Shown: positions 1 to 18,106, numbered from the stretch's first letter. The stretch is DNA of 64,000 bases from the human T2T-CHM13v2.0 reference genome, Homo sapiens (GCF_009914755.1 NC_060934.1); one strand, 5' to 3'. Made by a program: numbers and translations. The notes: a model not told the origin generated them from the sequence alone.

Positions 1-114
1 GGTGGAATGGTTTCATCCCGACACCATCACCCCCCACCCCCCCGCACCCCATCCTGTGGAAAAATTATTTTCCTTGAAACCAGTCTCTGGTGCCAGAAAG
101 GTTGGAGACCACTG
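1..114 (+). mobile_element. MER1 (hAT-Charlie MITE) 3' end, truncated by window start
   Basis: Ends GAAACCAGTCTCTGGTGCCAGAAAGGTTGGAGACCACTG, closely matching the right end of the complete copy at 20564-20888. Confidence 0.8.
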
Positions 115-2496
115 GCTTAGAGTTTCCTGGCAACCAAAAGGAAAAGGGAGACATGGTCTGTTACATTGTTACTGTTCAGCAGAACATACCAGCAGAACAT
201 ACCAGTTCTTCAGGGAAAGTAACCTTTTCCCTAACACTCAGCTTTAAAAGAAATGTCTTATATGAGCTTCCAATAGAGGATTTGAGCCATAGAAGTTCAC
301 ATAGGGCTGTAAAATCTGGTTATACCAGGATATATCCCTCGGAGATGTTGGTGCAGAGGGCAGCGTGCTTCTACATTAAATGGCTCCAGACTGCTGTGCC
401 TGCTGAGCTCTTGGGACCAATTTTCACGTACCTCCCCTCCCTTGTTGTTGGCTACCCCTTGGGGGCCTGTCGCGAAGGCCCCTCTCCCTGTCCCCATTAG
501 CTGCTCAGTCTTTTCAGGGTGAGAGGATGCACACACAAACATTGCTGTGATCTTCTGGCTGCCCAGGAGTCCCCCTTCTGACTTCCTGTCCTGTGGCCCC
601 GTGCAGGATGGAAGAGGCTACTGGACCCTGGTCTTGGGGCCTGTGAACTTCAGCAGAGCCTCTTGCAGAATATCGATTCTATGGTCAGGCAGGTAAACCC
701 AGGCAGGCTTTACTTTTGGAAAGACTATGGATGCATCGTATCCCCTCACCCCTTGGTGAGGGGCTCTCCTGGCAGGGTGAGGTGAGTCCCCCCTGGGCCT
801 GGAGAAGGGTTCTGGGCTCTGATGCCAGAGAGGCCTCTGCCAGTTGCCTGTGTGCTAAGAGACTCATCCCCCGAGGTCACCAGAGCTGGCCCAGTGAAGT
901 CACTCTTGTCACCTCCCTACGTACCATGCAGCTTACCTATTTGTTATGTTCATTATCTCCCTTTCTACAGTGTAAGTTCCATGAAGGCAGGGACTTTGTC
1001 TTGTTGTTCTGTATTTCAAGTGACTAGAACTGGGATTGACATGCAATAGGTGCTCAGTTAATATTTGTTCAATGAACAAATGAATGAACCAATGAGATGG
1101 AAAGCACTCACTCCCATCATGTGCCCGTGCACCTGCTCTCCAGGCCTGACCCTCTCCATAGGGGTTGTGTTTATGGCCTGGAAGGGCCAAAAACACTGGC
1201 TGACTAATGCCCAGTGGGCACTGGGCATGGCTGGGACTGAGGCTACCTGGAGAACCAGCTAAACCGAGGGAGGTCGTCTTGCCTGCACATCAAGCCCTGA
1301 CATTTAGAATGACCTAGATGACATCTGAGGCCCAACCCTCTCTCGGAAGGAGAGAAGACACCCTCCCTTTCCTTTGCAGGGGCTGGAATTGTGAACAAAT
1401 CACGCCAGCCAGCATTCTTGTGCTCCTCCATGTGCCCAGCCCCGTGATAAGCACTTTATATGTGTATCTCACTTTATGTCCAAAACAGCCCTAGGAGGTG
1501 GGTTCTGTGATCATCACAACCTATTCATTCATTCATTTTCTCAGTTAACAAATATGTATTGAGTACCTCTGCGTGCCAGTTCCTTAGCAGCCCACCTAAG
1601 GTTGGGCTCTGCTCCTAAGTGGCAGAGCAAGATCTGGACCCAGGAAATGTGACACCAGAGGGCACGCTGGGGGCTCTGCTGTTGCCCTCCTGAGTCATCA
1701 CTGGCGCCTGCAGCACTCACGGCAGCGTTCACTTACATGTAGAGCAGCGGGGCTGGGGGGGACGGTCATGGGCTGGACCAGGAAGTCTCACTCTCTTCCC
1801 TGGTGGTTGGAGAAGGAGACCCTGCGGGGCACAGGTGGTGATGGGAAGTGCCCGCGGCAGCCTGTGAGTTAGGGCCTGCCTGGGGAGGGGTTTGATGAGG
1901 TCTAGGGCGTGACCACAGGTTTCCCTATGCCTAAATTAATCAGTAGTCGGGAGTTCTGGAGAGCACCTCTCTTCCCAAGAAGGAAGTTTTGGCAGCACTC
2001 TCCGCTGGTGGAGCAGTGGTCTATGGAACGGAAGCATGGCCAGGGGCCCTGCCCTGGACCTCAGGTAAACCACAGCTGACCCTGTGCCAGCTGTAGTCTG
2101 AAGTTTTCCTCCCCAAGAGCCAGCGGCGCAGGAACAGCCCCACCCCGACCTCTGAGACGGTGTGAGCAAAGCGGTGCTCTGGGGCGGTCATAGCCCGGGA
2201 GCGTGGGCAGCACACCTTTCTCTGGGGTCCTGATCTGCTGCTAGTGGAGGGGTGGTTCTCCCAGGTAAAAGTCATGGAACCTGCATTCCTACAGTTTTTT
2301 CACGGGGCATTTCTTGGAGGAGGAGGTGGTTATGATGGAGACTCAAGCCAGACTGCCTGGGTCGGAATCTCAGCTCCATCCCTGCTGGACGGTGCAACTC
2401 TGTGCTTCGGTTTTCATCTGTAAAATGGGTAGGATAATAGTGCCTTTTTGAGTTAGAACCATTATAAATATTAGCTATTATACATTTCCATTTCAG

Positions 2497-2544
2497 ACAG
2501 AAGTTGTCAACACCATGTGTGGCTACAAAACTATCGACAAGGAG
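2497..2544 (+). CDS. TSPAN15: Tetraspanin-15, internal coding exon (48 nt, TEVVNTMCGYKTIDKE; large extracellular loop)
   Basis: Acceptor tttcag|ACA, donor GAG|gtaatg, phase 0-0. Joins in frame to RFSVQDV of the next exon and matches the recalled TSPAN15 protein. Not called in this frame by the ORF track. Confidence 0.95.
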
Positions 2545-3027
2545 GTAATGTCTTTGAAATGCCTTTCCCTGGAAATGTTGCTCTTCCTGGTCCACCCTGG
2601 GGTGATCGGAGGGGTTTATTGAGGTCGGGGTCCTGGCCACTGAGATTTTCCCACATTCCTGGCTGTGACCCAGAGCCAGGACTGCTGTGGTTTTCCACCC
2701 CAGCACAGAAGGGCTCAGGGAACCAAGAATTCCCCCAGGCTGGGAGATGCCGCCTGTCAGGGTTTGCCGAGCACCTACTGTGGGCTGTTCCACATGAAGC
2801 CACCACGGCGCTTCCTGGTACCCGCAGCGTGCTGTGTGCCCAGCCATGCTCAGCACCAGCTTGCCTCTGCCCCTGGGGCCACCTGGGACCCAGGAGTCCT
2901 AGAGGATGGTAACCCCCTCTGGGGGTTGCTCCTGGGTCAGCTTCCTGGGCAACACCCCTGGTCTAGGAGAGAAGCAGGGGTGGTGCTGAGAAGGGACCTA
3001 AAAGGAATAGTGACCTGACATGCAGAG

Positions 3028-3150
3028 CAGTGGCTTTCAAAGTGGGGTCCCCAGTCCAGCAGCAACAGCATCCCCTAGGAATGTGAGAAATGCACATTCT
3101 TGGTATGGGGCTAGTGGGTGATTCTGACACATGCTTGAGAGCCATAGACC
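3028..3150. mobile_element. MER5A-like hAT MITE (internally deleted)
   Basis: CAGTGGCTTTCAAAGTGGGGTCCCCAG...AGAAATGCACATTCT...GGTGATTCTGACACATGC resembles the MER5A consensus. Confidence 0.65.
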
Positions 3151-3626
3151 AGCAGTGGTTCTCAGCCCCTCAGAACCAATGGCCATTTTTATAACAAACA
3201 GTGGTAATGTCCTATTTATTATCCCCAAGTGAAATTCACAGATAACCTACCTACATGCCCAATTCCAATACAATTAACATAATGATCTGAGATAAAGTAG
3301 AAATGAAATACAGCAATTTACAGCTGTTTAACATAGTTCATCATGTAAGTGCTTAGGCAGTGGGGGGTGCAGAAGACACAATGTAGTCAGGTGTCTGCAC
3401 TGATGTGAGGCATCCCTGAGGCTGTAGTAGCTACAGGGCAGCTGATACTGGGCATTGTGTTGGCGACTCACATACCATGGGCATCATTTTTGCCACTGGC
3501 ATGGTTTTTAAAAACGGTGAACAATTCTTGATAAAGTTCTGAATTAAATAATGTGTAATCATTCCTTAATTTACCTAGTAGTACTTCTGGAAAATTCTTT
3601 GTATATTAAAACCAATGCAGAAATGC

Positions 3627-3767
3627 TTTTTTTTTTTTTTTCCCTTAAGAGACAGACAGGGTCTCACTGTTGCCTAGGCTGGCCTCAAACTCCTAGGCTT
3701 AGGCACTCCTCCCAACTGAGCCTCCATAGTAGCTGGGACTGCAGGCACTGGCCACCATGCCCAACTC
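3627..3767 (-). mobile_element. FLAM/AluJ monomer
   Basis: T-tract followed by a degenerate antisense Alu monomer. Confidence 0.75.
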
Positions 3768-4002
3768 TGCTTTGTTTTTTATATGTACCTGGAGTGGGGC
3801 TATTGGCTTGGATAATTATAAATAGGCTTTTCATGTATGGAAAACATCCGTGAGGCTTTTCATGCAGGGACATCTGAGAAGCACACAGGCAGGGCAGTTG
3901 TTTGTGGAGTAGGATTACCCTGAGCTCTGCAGTCCCTCAGCCGCCAACCTCGTTTGCTGGGGCAACCAAAAGTGCCACCACGGTGTCCCCAGTCCTCTCT
4001 AG

Positions 4003-4575
<573 letters not shown>

Positions 4576-4656
4576 TGACTTGCCAAGATCCCCTAGATAG
4601 TGTGCAGCAGAGCTGGGGTGGAGGCAGGAATCCCAGAAGGGAGGGGCCCTTGCTGA

Positions 4657-5037
<381 letters not shown>

Positions 5038-5725
5038 GGCCCAGCCTGCCATGGCAGCTCCAACAAGGACCGTCTGGGATAGCACCTCTCAGTCAACATC
5101 GTGGGGCTGGACAGGGCTGCGGCCCCTCTGCCCACACTCAGTACTGACCAAAGCCAGGGCTGTGTGTGCCTGTGTGTAGGTCCCACGGCCTCTGCCTCCC
5201 CAGGGAGCAGAGCCTGGGCCTCCCCTAAGAGGCTTTCCCCGAGGCAGCTCTGGAATCTGTGCCCACCTGGGGCCTGGGGAACAAGGCCCTCCTTTCTCCA
5301 GGCCTGGGCTACGGGGGAGGGAGAGCCTGAGGCTCTGCTCAGGGCCCATTTCATCTCTGGCAGTGCCTTGGCGGTGGTATTCAAGGCAGTTTTGTAGCAC
5401 CTGTAATTGGGGAGAGGGAGTGTGCCCCTCGGGGCAGGAGGGAAGGGCATCTGGGGAAGGGCAGGAGGGAAGAGCTGTCCATGCAGCCACGCCCATGGCC
5501 AGGTTGGCCTCTTCTCAGCCTCCCAGGTGCCTTGAGCCCTCTTGCAAGGGCGGCTGCTTCCTTGAGCCTAGTTTTTTTACGTGATTTTTGTAACATTCAT
5601 TTTTTTGTACAGATAACAGGAGTTTCTGACTAATCAAAGCTGGTATTTCCCCGCATGTCTTATTCTTGCCCTTCCCCCAACCAGTTTGTTAATCAAACAA
5701 TAAAAACATGTTTTTTTTTTTTTTT
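5038..5725 (+). other. TSPAN15: TSPAN15 3' UTR (end approximate)
   Basis: Runs from the stop codon to just past AATAAA at 5699-5704. Confidence 0.85.
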
Positions 5726-5760
5726 TTTTTTTTGCCTTTCCTGTGTGCTGTTTTGTTGGG
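5699..5760 (+). terminator. TSPAN15: Polyadenylation signal with downstream U/GU-rich element
   Basis: AATAAA at 5699-5704, then a T-tract from 5711 and TGTGTGCTGTTTTGTT. Confidence 0.85.
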
Positions 5761-6140
5761 GCGGGGGTAAGGAAGGCTGCAACCTGGATTTGGAAACCCC
5801 TTGTGGATGCGAGGATGAAGGGGGTGCATGGGGTGAAGATTTGGCATAGCTTGGGATACAGGTGGGGGGTTGGGGGGAAAGCCTCAGGGCCAGAGGTGAC
5901 CACGCCTATTTTACCGAGAACCGAGGGAAACAGCCTGGGCCAGGTACAGCATGAGGCTCCACCTCCAGGAAATGGGGTGGATGGGGTGGGGGACCAGGGA
6001 AGCGGAGTTGCCCACAGGTCCACCTACCGCGCTCCCTGCAGCCCTCAGTGTGCCTAATGGCTGCCGCGCAACGCATGCAGAGCGTGGTGTCGGTCGACCC
6101 CTGCTGGAGATGCCGGGACTTGCGTGCGTCAGTCCACTCA

Positions 6141-6611
<471 letters not shown>

Positions 6612-7420
6612 TCAGATGCTTGGTCTGCCATGGGTGCCAAACGCATGTGTAAGAAGGGGCAGGAGGAGGGTATTTTAAAGTATGCAATAACACAACAATA
6701 ACAAACACACCATAGAGCATACTTTGCCAGGAACGATATTAACTCCTTTAATCCTCACGACTAGGGTAATTCTTATCTTCATTTTATTAGTGGGGAAACT
6801 GAGGCACAGGGCAGTTAAGTAACTTGCCCAGGCAGGCAGCTGGTAAGTGACAAAGCCATGACTTGAGCCCAGATAGGATCTCTTGAGCCACTCAGCCCCT
6901 CTGCTTTACTGTCTCTGTTGCCTCCTGTGCACACATGGTACTAGGCATGCAAAACCAGTGGAGGCTGCAGCTGCTTCTGAAGCTCTGTCCTGGGGATATT
7001 CACTGTAGCCGCTGCTGCAGCCTCTGTCTTGTCCCACTTTGACCTAATGGACACAAGGCCAGGTCAAGCTCTGTGTCTGGCTGGAGGCCTTGTAGTCCTG
7101 GGGCTCTGGCTGTTCTGAGAACCCCTTTTGTGCCCAGAGGGGAGACGGCAGCTGCCTTTAGGGGCAGCAGGATGGCAGAGGCCCCGTAGGAGACAGGCTG
7201 GTCTGAATCGCTTATCCAAGGTCACCTTACCTGGACCCTGGAACCCGGACCCCTTGTCTTCCCTCTTTCCAGCACCACTCACAGACACCCCTCTACCTCA
7301 CACTGCACCGCTGGCCAGCTGCTTATGTGGACCAGCGCTGGTGCCACAGATGGCTAAGCTCCAGCAGACACTCATCTCCTCTTTTCCAAACCTTGGTCAC
7401 TCACCTCTAAAGAAATGGAA

Positions 7421-10153
<2,733 letters not shown>

Positions 10154-10479
10154 TGAAATGGATGGAAGCAGAGTACCTGGAGAGGGCTTTGTCCATCCTG
10201 TGGTTGAGGACTCCCTGGCCATGACACCCTTTTGTGCTTTAAAGCCAATGAATGACATTATCTTGGCCTCTTGTCTCACAAGGATGGAACCATAAATGAG
10301 TCCTTTCCCACACCATGACACACATAGAAAATAATAATATTTGTGCAGCCTACATCATTTGTGAAGTTGAGGAGGTTTGTGGGCTTTGCTTTTTGATTTA
10401 TTTGTTAATAATTATTTTTTATAAGACACATTAAGGAAGACTGATTTTGTATAAAAATGTCCAATACCATATTCTTGAA

Positions 10480-12825
10480 ATATATTTTTAACAATTTATG
10501 GAGGTATACTGGATATAAAATAAACTGCGTGTATTTAAACTGACAAATGTGTCAGTGAAACCATCACTACAGTCAAGATAATGAACATATCCATCACTCT
10601 AAAAAATGTCCTCTTGTCCCTTTGTAATCTGTTTATTATAGCCCTTCCCACCATCCACAGCCTATGCTTAAGCAATCAGAGCTCTGCTTTCTGTCTCTAT
10701 AAATTACTTGGTATTTTCTAAAATGTTATATAGGTGGACTCATACAGCATGCACTCTTTCTGTCTGGCTTCTTTCACTCAGTAATCATTTTAAGATTCAT
10801 TCATTTTGTAGCATATATCAGAAGTTCATTTCTTTTTATTGCGGAGCAGCATACTGTTGTATGGATACACCATGGTTTATTTATCCATTCACCTACTGAT
10901 GGACGTTTTGTTTCCAGTTTTTTGTTGTTGTTACAAATAAAGCTGCTATGAATACTTGTGCATGTGTCTTTATAAAAACACATACTTTCATTTCTCTTGG
11001 GTAAATATCTAGAAGTAGAATGGCTGGATTATATGTAACTATATGTTTAACTTTTTAAGAAACTGCCAAACTATTTTCCAAAGTGGTTGCACAATTTTGT
11101 ATCCCCACCAGCAGTGTATGAGAGTTCTGGTTTCCCTACATCCTTGCCAGCAGTTGGTATGGCCAGTTTTTCTTAGTCATGCTAATGGGTGTGTGGTGGT
11201 ATTTTGTTGTGGTTTTGATTTGCATTTCCTTAATAATCATGTTGAGTACTTTTCGTAGACATATTTGCCATCCACATAATTTCTTTGCTGAAGCGCCTTT
11301 TGAAATATTTTCTTAAAAAATTAGATTGTTTTTGTATTATTGAATTTTGACAACTCTTTGTATATGCTGGATACGGGTCCTTGATTAGTTATATGATTTG
11401 AAAAATTTCAGTCTGTAGCTTGTCTTGTTCTCTCTCTCTTTCCTTCATGTAGAGATTGGGTCTCACACCATTGCCCCGGCTGCCCTTGAACTCCTGGGCT
11501 CAGGATCTTCCCACCTCAGCCTCCTAAAGTGCTGGGATTACAGGCATGAGCCACCGTGCCCAGTCTGTGGTGTGTCTTTTCAGTCTCTTAATGGTGTTTT
11601 CCAAAAAGCAGGAGTTTTTAACTTGATGAACTCCAACTTATCAATGTTTTCTTTCATGCGTGATGCTTCTGGTGTCATAGCTAAGAAATGTTTGCCTAAA
11701 CCAAGATCACAAAGGTTTTCTCCTACATTTTCTTTTAAAAGTTTTATAGTTACGTTACAATTATGTAACGCTCTTACATTTAAGTCAAGGATTCATTTTG
11801 AGTTAATTTTCTAATATGCTACAAAGTACGCATCAAAGTTAATCTGTTTTGTACATGCATATCCAATTGCTCCAGCACCACCTGTTGAAAGCAGGGATGA
11901 ATTTCCACTGAATTGCCTTGGCACCTTTGTTGAAAAGCAATTGTCCATGTATCTGTAGGTTTACTTCTGGATTTCTCACTACGTTTTGGTCAATGTTGTA
12001 TAGCAAATGTCAGAGCAGACATCCTTGACTTGGTCCTGATCTTAGGGGGAAAGTGTTCAGTCTTTTATCATTAAGTATAATGTTAGATGTAGGTTTTTCA
12101 TGGACATTCTTTATCCAGGTTGACTAAGTTCTCTTGTATTTCTAGTTTACTCAACATTTTTGTTGGGACTAGATGTTGGATTTTGTCAAATGCCTTTTCT
12201 GCATATTTTAGAATTTGCGAATATGGTGAATTTCATTCATTTTCACATGCTGAATTAACCTTGCATTCCTGGAATAAGCCCCATTCAGTGATGATATAGT
12301 ACCCTTTTAATATATTGTTGGATTTGGTTTGTTGAAATTTTGTTTAGGATTTTTGCACCTTTGTTTAGGAGGATTGTTTTCTTGTAAAATCTTTGTCACA
12401 TTTTGGTATCAGAGTCATGCTGGCTTCATAGAATTAGCTGGGAACTGTTCCTTCCTTTTCAATTTTCTGGAAGAGTTTGTAGAATTGGTGGTATTTCTTC
12501 TTTAAAAGTTTGATAAAATTCACTAGTGAAGCTACCTGGAAAATCTTCTTTGTAGGAAGATTTTAAACTATAAATCTAATTTCTTTAATGGATATAAGAC
12601 TACTTATTTCTTCTTGAGAGCTTTGGTAGTTTTTTCCTTCAAGGAATTTGATAATTTCATCTAAGCTGTCAAACTTATTGACATAAAGTTGTTCATAACA
12701 CTCCCTTATTATTCTAGAATCTGTAGTGATTTCATCTCTCTTATTCCTGGATATTGACAATTTGTCTTTTTTTCTCTTTTCCCTAATTAGCCTGGCTAGG
12801 GGTTTATAGATTTTAAAGATCTTCT
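10480..12825 (-). mobile_element. Old L1M (L1MB/MC-like) 3' region, with a FLAM at about 11448-11562
   Basis: Degenerate ORF2 C-terminal peptides (YKDTCT...WINKPW..., YEQLYVNKFDSLDE) on the minus strand. Confidence 0.8.
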
Positions 12826-13865
12826 CAAAGAGCCAGCTGGACCATTCTCATGAGCATATAAATAATCTCTTAGTATTCCCATCTTAAACAAGGATACAGA
12901 CAAGCAAGGCCCTCCTGATGATTTCTCCTCTCCGGCCCCTGCCCTGTCTCTCTTTCCCTTCATAGCAACTGCTTTGAAAGTGTCTGTCCTCTCTGTTTCT
13001 GGTTCCTCTTCTCCCATCATTCTTGGACCTCCCTAATTAGACTCTTGTCCCACTTGCCCCAAATTGCTCTCATCAACATCACCAGTGACCCCTGCATTGC
13101 TAGGTCCTATGTCCCTGTGGCATTTCTCAGCTTCTTGGCTTGTCTGCCACATGTGGCCAGTTGATCATTCTCTCCTCCTTGAAATGCCTTCTTGTTTTTC
13201 CTCCAAGAGACCAACCTTGCCTAGTTTTTCTCTTACTTCTGAGGCCCCCTCTTATGAGTCTCAGTTGTTGATTTTGCTTTCCCAACCTCTTAGCATTTGA
13301 GGGCCTCATCTGTCTTTTCTATCCACAATCCCTTGTTGACCTCATCCAGCCTGGAATTTGAGGTCCTATCCACCACTCTAGCCTCAGTCCTGGGTCCCTG
13401 CTCTAGTCAGCAGGTCGCCAGGGCTGACTCAGTTCATTCGTAGCTCACACGGTTCCATCTGTCCTCTCACAGGAAGATCCAGCTCCCACCACTTTCACGT
13501 CCTCCCCCACCTTCCCATCTCCTCTGAGGCTCATTTCAATTCGGTGTGTGGAGGGACTTCTTTTATGATCACCCATTTTGCAGGAGAGGAAAGATAAAGG
13601 CCAGACTAGCTTAGTAAGTTGCAGTCCAAGAGGCCCTGCCAGCAACCTCAGATCCTGACTCCTTCCAAGCTCTTGCCTTGGCTGCCACCTTCCTGGGGCC
13701 TGAGAAGCACCTGGAAATATTATGGGGCCACAAGCTCTGGCACAAGGTCCTGGCTTTCCACAGCTCGTGACCCCTTGGAGGGAGCCTGATTTGCAGTCCT
13801 AAAGCCCAGGCAGAAGGCACAAACGTTCCCAGCAAGAAAATGAGCAGAGCTGACATGGGGACATG

Positions 13866-13882
13866 TGGTCGCTAGGTGGCGC
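13866..13882 (+). promoter_or_regulatory. Candidate CTCF site
   Basis: TGGTCGCTAGGTGGCGC is a close match to the CTCF core, with CpGs retained in CpG-poor surroundings. Motif evidence only. Confidence 0.55.
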
Positions 13883-16468
13883 GGCTGACCCACTACTTGG
13901 CAGCCAGCACTCAGCAACTCCACCCTCTCCACTCCCTAGAGCCTGGGCACCTGCCTGGGTGGCAGCAGGAGTCTGCTTTCCGCCCCCTACCCCAAAAGAG
14001 CAGACCACAAGGTGAGGGAGCCTAAAATACTATAGGTCCTGATTGTAGTAGGTGCTCAATAAATAATTATTGACTAAAAGAGTGATCATTTTGTGAAGTT
14101 CGGATAGATGAGACTTTCCCATTCCCATTTCATAGGCTGGGAAACTGAGGCCGGATACTAACGATAGGAGTAGCAACCAAGGTTACTGTTATCGACTCTC
14201 ATTCGGTCACTATGTACCAGGCATTTGCTTAGCACATTTCATTCTTCATCCCATTTAGTCATCACAGCAAAAAGGCAGGGCCTTTATGATTTGCATTTGG
14301 CAGGTAAGGACATAGGGGCTTAGAGATCAGCTGACTTATTCAAGTCATACAGTTAGTGGAATAAATGGAAGAACCAGGATTTGAACCACTCTGCCTGCAT
14401 CTGAGTAGCTGAATAGGATCAGGGCCAGTGCTGCCTCCTTCCCCCACCAATAGGATCTGAGGTGAAGTGCCCCAGCAGTGCCTCCACCTGGGCATCATGT
14501 GGCCACCAGAGGGAGGCCTCGGTCTTTAGACAGCTGCAGAGGGGCCTGGACTGAGGCTGGGGAGGGTGGCCATGACTTAGATGCCAGAATGAGAAGTGGG
14601 AGTACTAGGGCTCTGGAGGGCAGGTTCTTCATCTGCAAAAGCAAGAGGATGATCCCCACTTGGCCGGGTCTCTGTGAGGAGGACATGGGATCATGCATGG
14701 AAAGTTCTTAGCCCCTGCGAGGGCTCAGCACCCACCCCTCCCCCAGCACTTGCCCTTGCACTGAACAGGCTATATAGTAACAGGTCATGATAATAAACTG
14801 CAATCACTGAGGGTATCCATTTCACTGATTCGTTTTTGTATGGTCAGTCTCCCCCACTGAGGGGTGGGATGGTGATCTGCTTTCTGCTCTGCTGTCTCCT
14901 GAGAGATGAGGTTGTGGTGCCTGGGACATAAGGGGTGCTCACTAAGCAGGTGCCAACCCAGGGAATGGAAATGGCCTGGAGCTGTGGCCCCTGCACTGTC
15001 TGGGCCCCCAGGACTCAGTGGGCTCACTGGATCCCATGTGTGAGCCCCAGAGGGCCAGGCTCAGCATGTTGGACTCCTTATAGGCTGTGGCCAAACCTTT
15101 GTCCCTCTCTGACCTCTGCCTTCTCCTCTCCAGAAGGGGCATCTAAGGCTTTCCAGGTGTAATGGCTCAGGGAGTGGCTGTGCCAGGTGTACGGGTGCCC
15201 TTTGATGTCACCTGTCACCTCGCTGGTGGCTGCGCTCTCCCTTCCTCTCGCTGCTCCTGTGTCTTCTCCTCCATCTGCCAAAGTCACCATGCCAGGGCTG
15301 CCCCCAGCCCCAATATCCAGTGGAAAAACCCAGAGAAATCACACAAATAGAAAATATCCACATCAACTTGAGAAGCTAAGCCTGCGCTTGAGGCAGTTCT
15401 TGGAGCAGCTTCTAGCAGGGGCCCAGACCAACACCATCAGCAAGGAGCTGCCGGGGGCTCGGCCCCCTGAAGGAGGTTTTTATGACTGGCCTTAGCTGCC
15501 CTCCTGAGGCTGACAAGGGCTCCACTGGGGAACCTCTGGGCAAGTCGGTGGAGGGCCCCTCAGCATCATCTGGGCCTTGCTGGCAGCAAAAGTGGGTCTC
15601 AGAAACCAACTCCCATGAGAGGAGCCACCTGGATAGAGAGTGGGCAGTGAGAGCAGGACACAGGTTCCACCACAGAGCAGCAGAGACACCCAGAGGCTCC
15701 TGGTCCATGGTGCCTGGGGGATCAGAAGGACTCACACCCGGAGGGGAACGGGCCTGTGGAGAATGTTACCCTGGCCAGGACCCGGCTGGCACCACACGCC
15801 CCAATATCCCTGCCTTGGCTCTGTGAGGAGGGCTCTGCCAGGGTTTGAGGGGCCTGCGTGGGAGCCAGGGCAACCCATGCATCCAATGCCCTGTGGAAAT
15901 AACTCTCCATTAGAGGAGCCACCAGGAGGAAAACTGGGCCCATGGGAAAGGGGGTAGCTACAGGGAAAGGAGAACAAGAGGGCGAGGATTGCGTCTTACG
16001 ATCACTGTAGCTCCTGCACCTCCCAAGACACATAGTAGGTGCTCAATAAATCTTTGTTGACTGGACACACAACTCAGAGTACACCCTTCCTCAGTTCTAC
16101 ATTGCATTGGCAAAGACAGAATATGTGTACTTCAGGCTGTATGTAGGGTACAGAGAATACTTCTATTAGATAAGGACAATCCGTGGTAGGAGACAGTGAT
16201 AAACAAAAAATACAGTAACTGACTTCAATTTGCATTGAACGCAATGAATAGCAGATCTGAAAATGTAAAAATCAAATGCAAGATATCAAAGGGCCAGATG
16301 GAGAAATGTGCAAAGAATGCAAAGGAAAAGGTTATGGACAGAGCATCACTGAGAACACACAAGGACAAGGGTCACGGGTGTCTCACCCGAGTGCCTGCCA
16401 TGCCCTCCCTCTACCAACACCCCCGCCACCCCAGAGTAAAGGAAACAGGAATAAATAGAAGTTATTAA

Positions 16469-16780
<312 letters not shown>

Positions 16781-17193
16781 ATAAACTCTTGATTTTAAAA
16801 AGTAAAAGAACTCAGTAAAATTAACAATGTGCAACTCCTGTGGCAGTCCTTCCCAATGTCTTCAATGCTTATAGAGAAACATGGTATCTATGAGTTTCCT
16901 GGGTAAAGGGAGGAGGCACCCAGGCCCTGGGCTTAGGGGATTAGAAACTCAACTGCCTGTGGCCCACTCACTGCCCACAGATGAGCCCTAGAGACAGTCA
17001 CATAGGTGCTCTAAGAGACGGTCACGAGGGTGTCTGTTGCAGCACTGTTTATAATAGTGAAAAATGGGAGGACTGTGGTATGCTTCTGCGTGGAATAGTA
17101 TACAGCTATTTAAATGAAGGAACTAAAGTTCCATGTATCCATGCTCAAGAACACAATGCTGAGGAGAAAAGCTAGTTGCATAGTGATACGTAG

Positions 17194-17490
17194 GGCTGGG
17201 CGCGGTGGCCCAGGCCTGTAATCCCAGCACTTTGGGAGGCTGAGACAGGTGGATTGCTTGAGCCCAGGAGTTTAAGCCCAGCCTGGGCAATGGGAGACCC
17301 TGTCTCTACAAATAATAATAATAAAAAAACTATCTGGCCGTGGTGGGGTGCTCCTGTAGTCCCATGTTCTTGGGAGGTTGAGGTGGGAGGATCTTCTGAG
17401 CCCAGGAAGTCGAGGCTGCAGTGAGCAGTGATTGCACTATTGTACTCCAGCCTAGGTGACAGAGGGGAGACCCTGTCTCAAAAAAAATAA
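17194..17490 (+). mobile_element. AluJ
   Basis: Degenerate dimeric Alu with J-type features. Confidence 0.85.
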
Positions 17491-17744
17491 TATATTGCTT
17501 ATGGATGTCTATAAGAAGAAAAGTAAAAAATAAAAACTAGAAAGAGATATATCAAATTCATGAGACTCTGTAAAGGGAAAAGGAAATGCGCCTGTGGATC
17601 AAATGATATTTGACTTTGTACAGCTTTATTTATTTTCTTTAAAAATCAGAAACAAAAATGTTCAAATGTAAATATTTGTTCATTAGGGATATCCATAGAT
17701 GGAAATGTATGTTATTCTCAGTAGCTTTCTCTACTTTTTGGTGA

Positions 17745-18106
<362 letters not shown>

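Noticed and set aside
178-205. Short tandem duplications (13-mer here; 9-mer x3 at about 51011; 12-mer at about 60363; near-repeat at about 62356)
   Set aside because: Ordinary slippage duplications with no spacer structure; not CRISPR-like.
2272-3018. Overlapping 91-194 aa ORFs around the 48-nt exon
   Set aside because: GC-rich intronic sequence and MIR; only 2497-2544 has splice signals and TSPAN15 homology.
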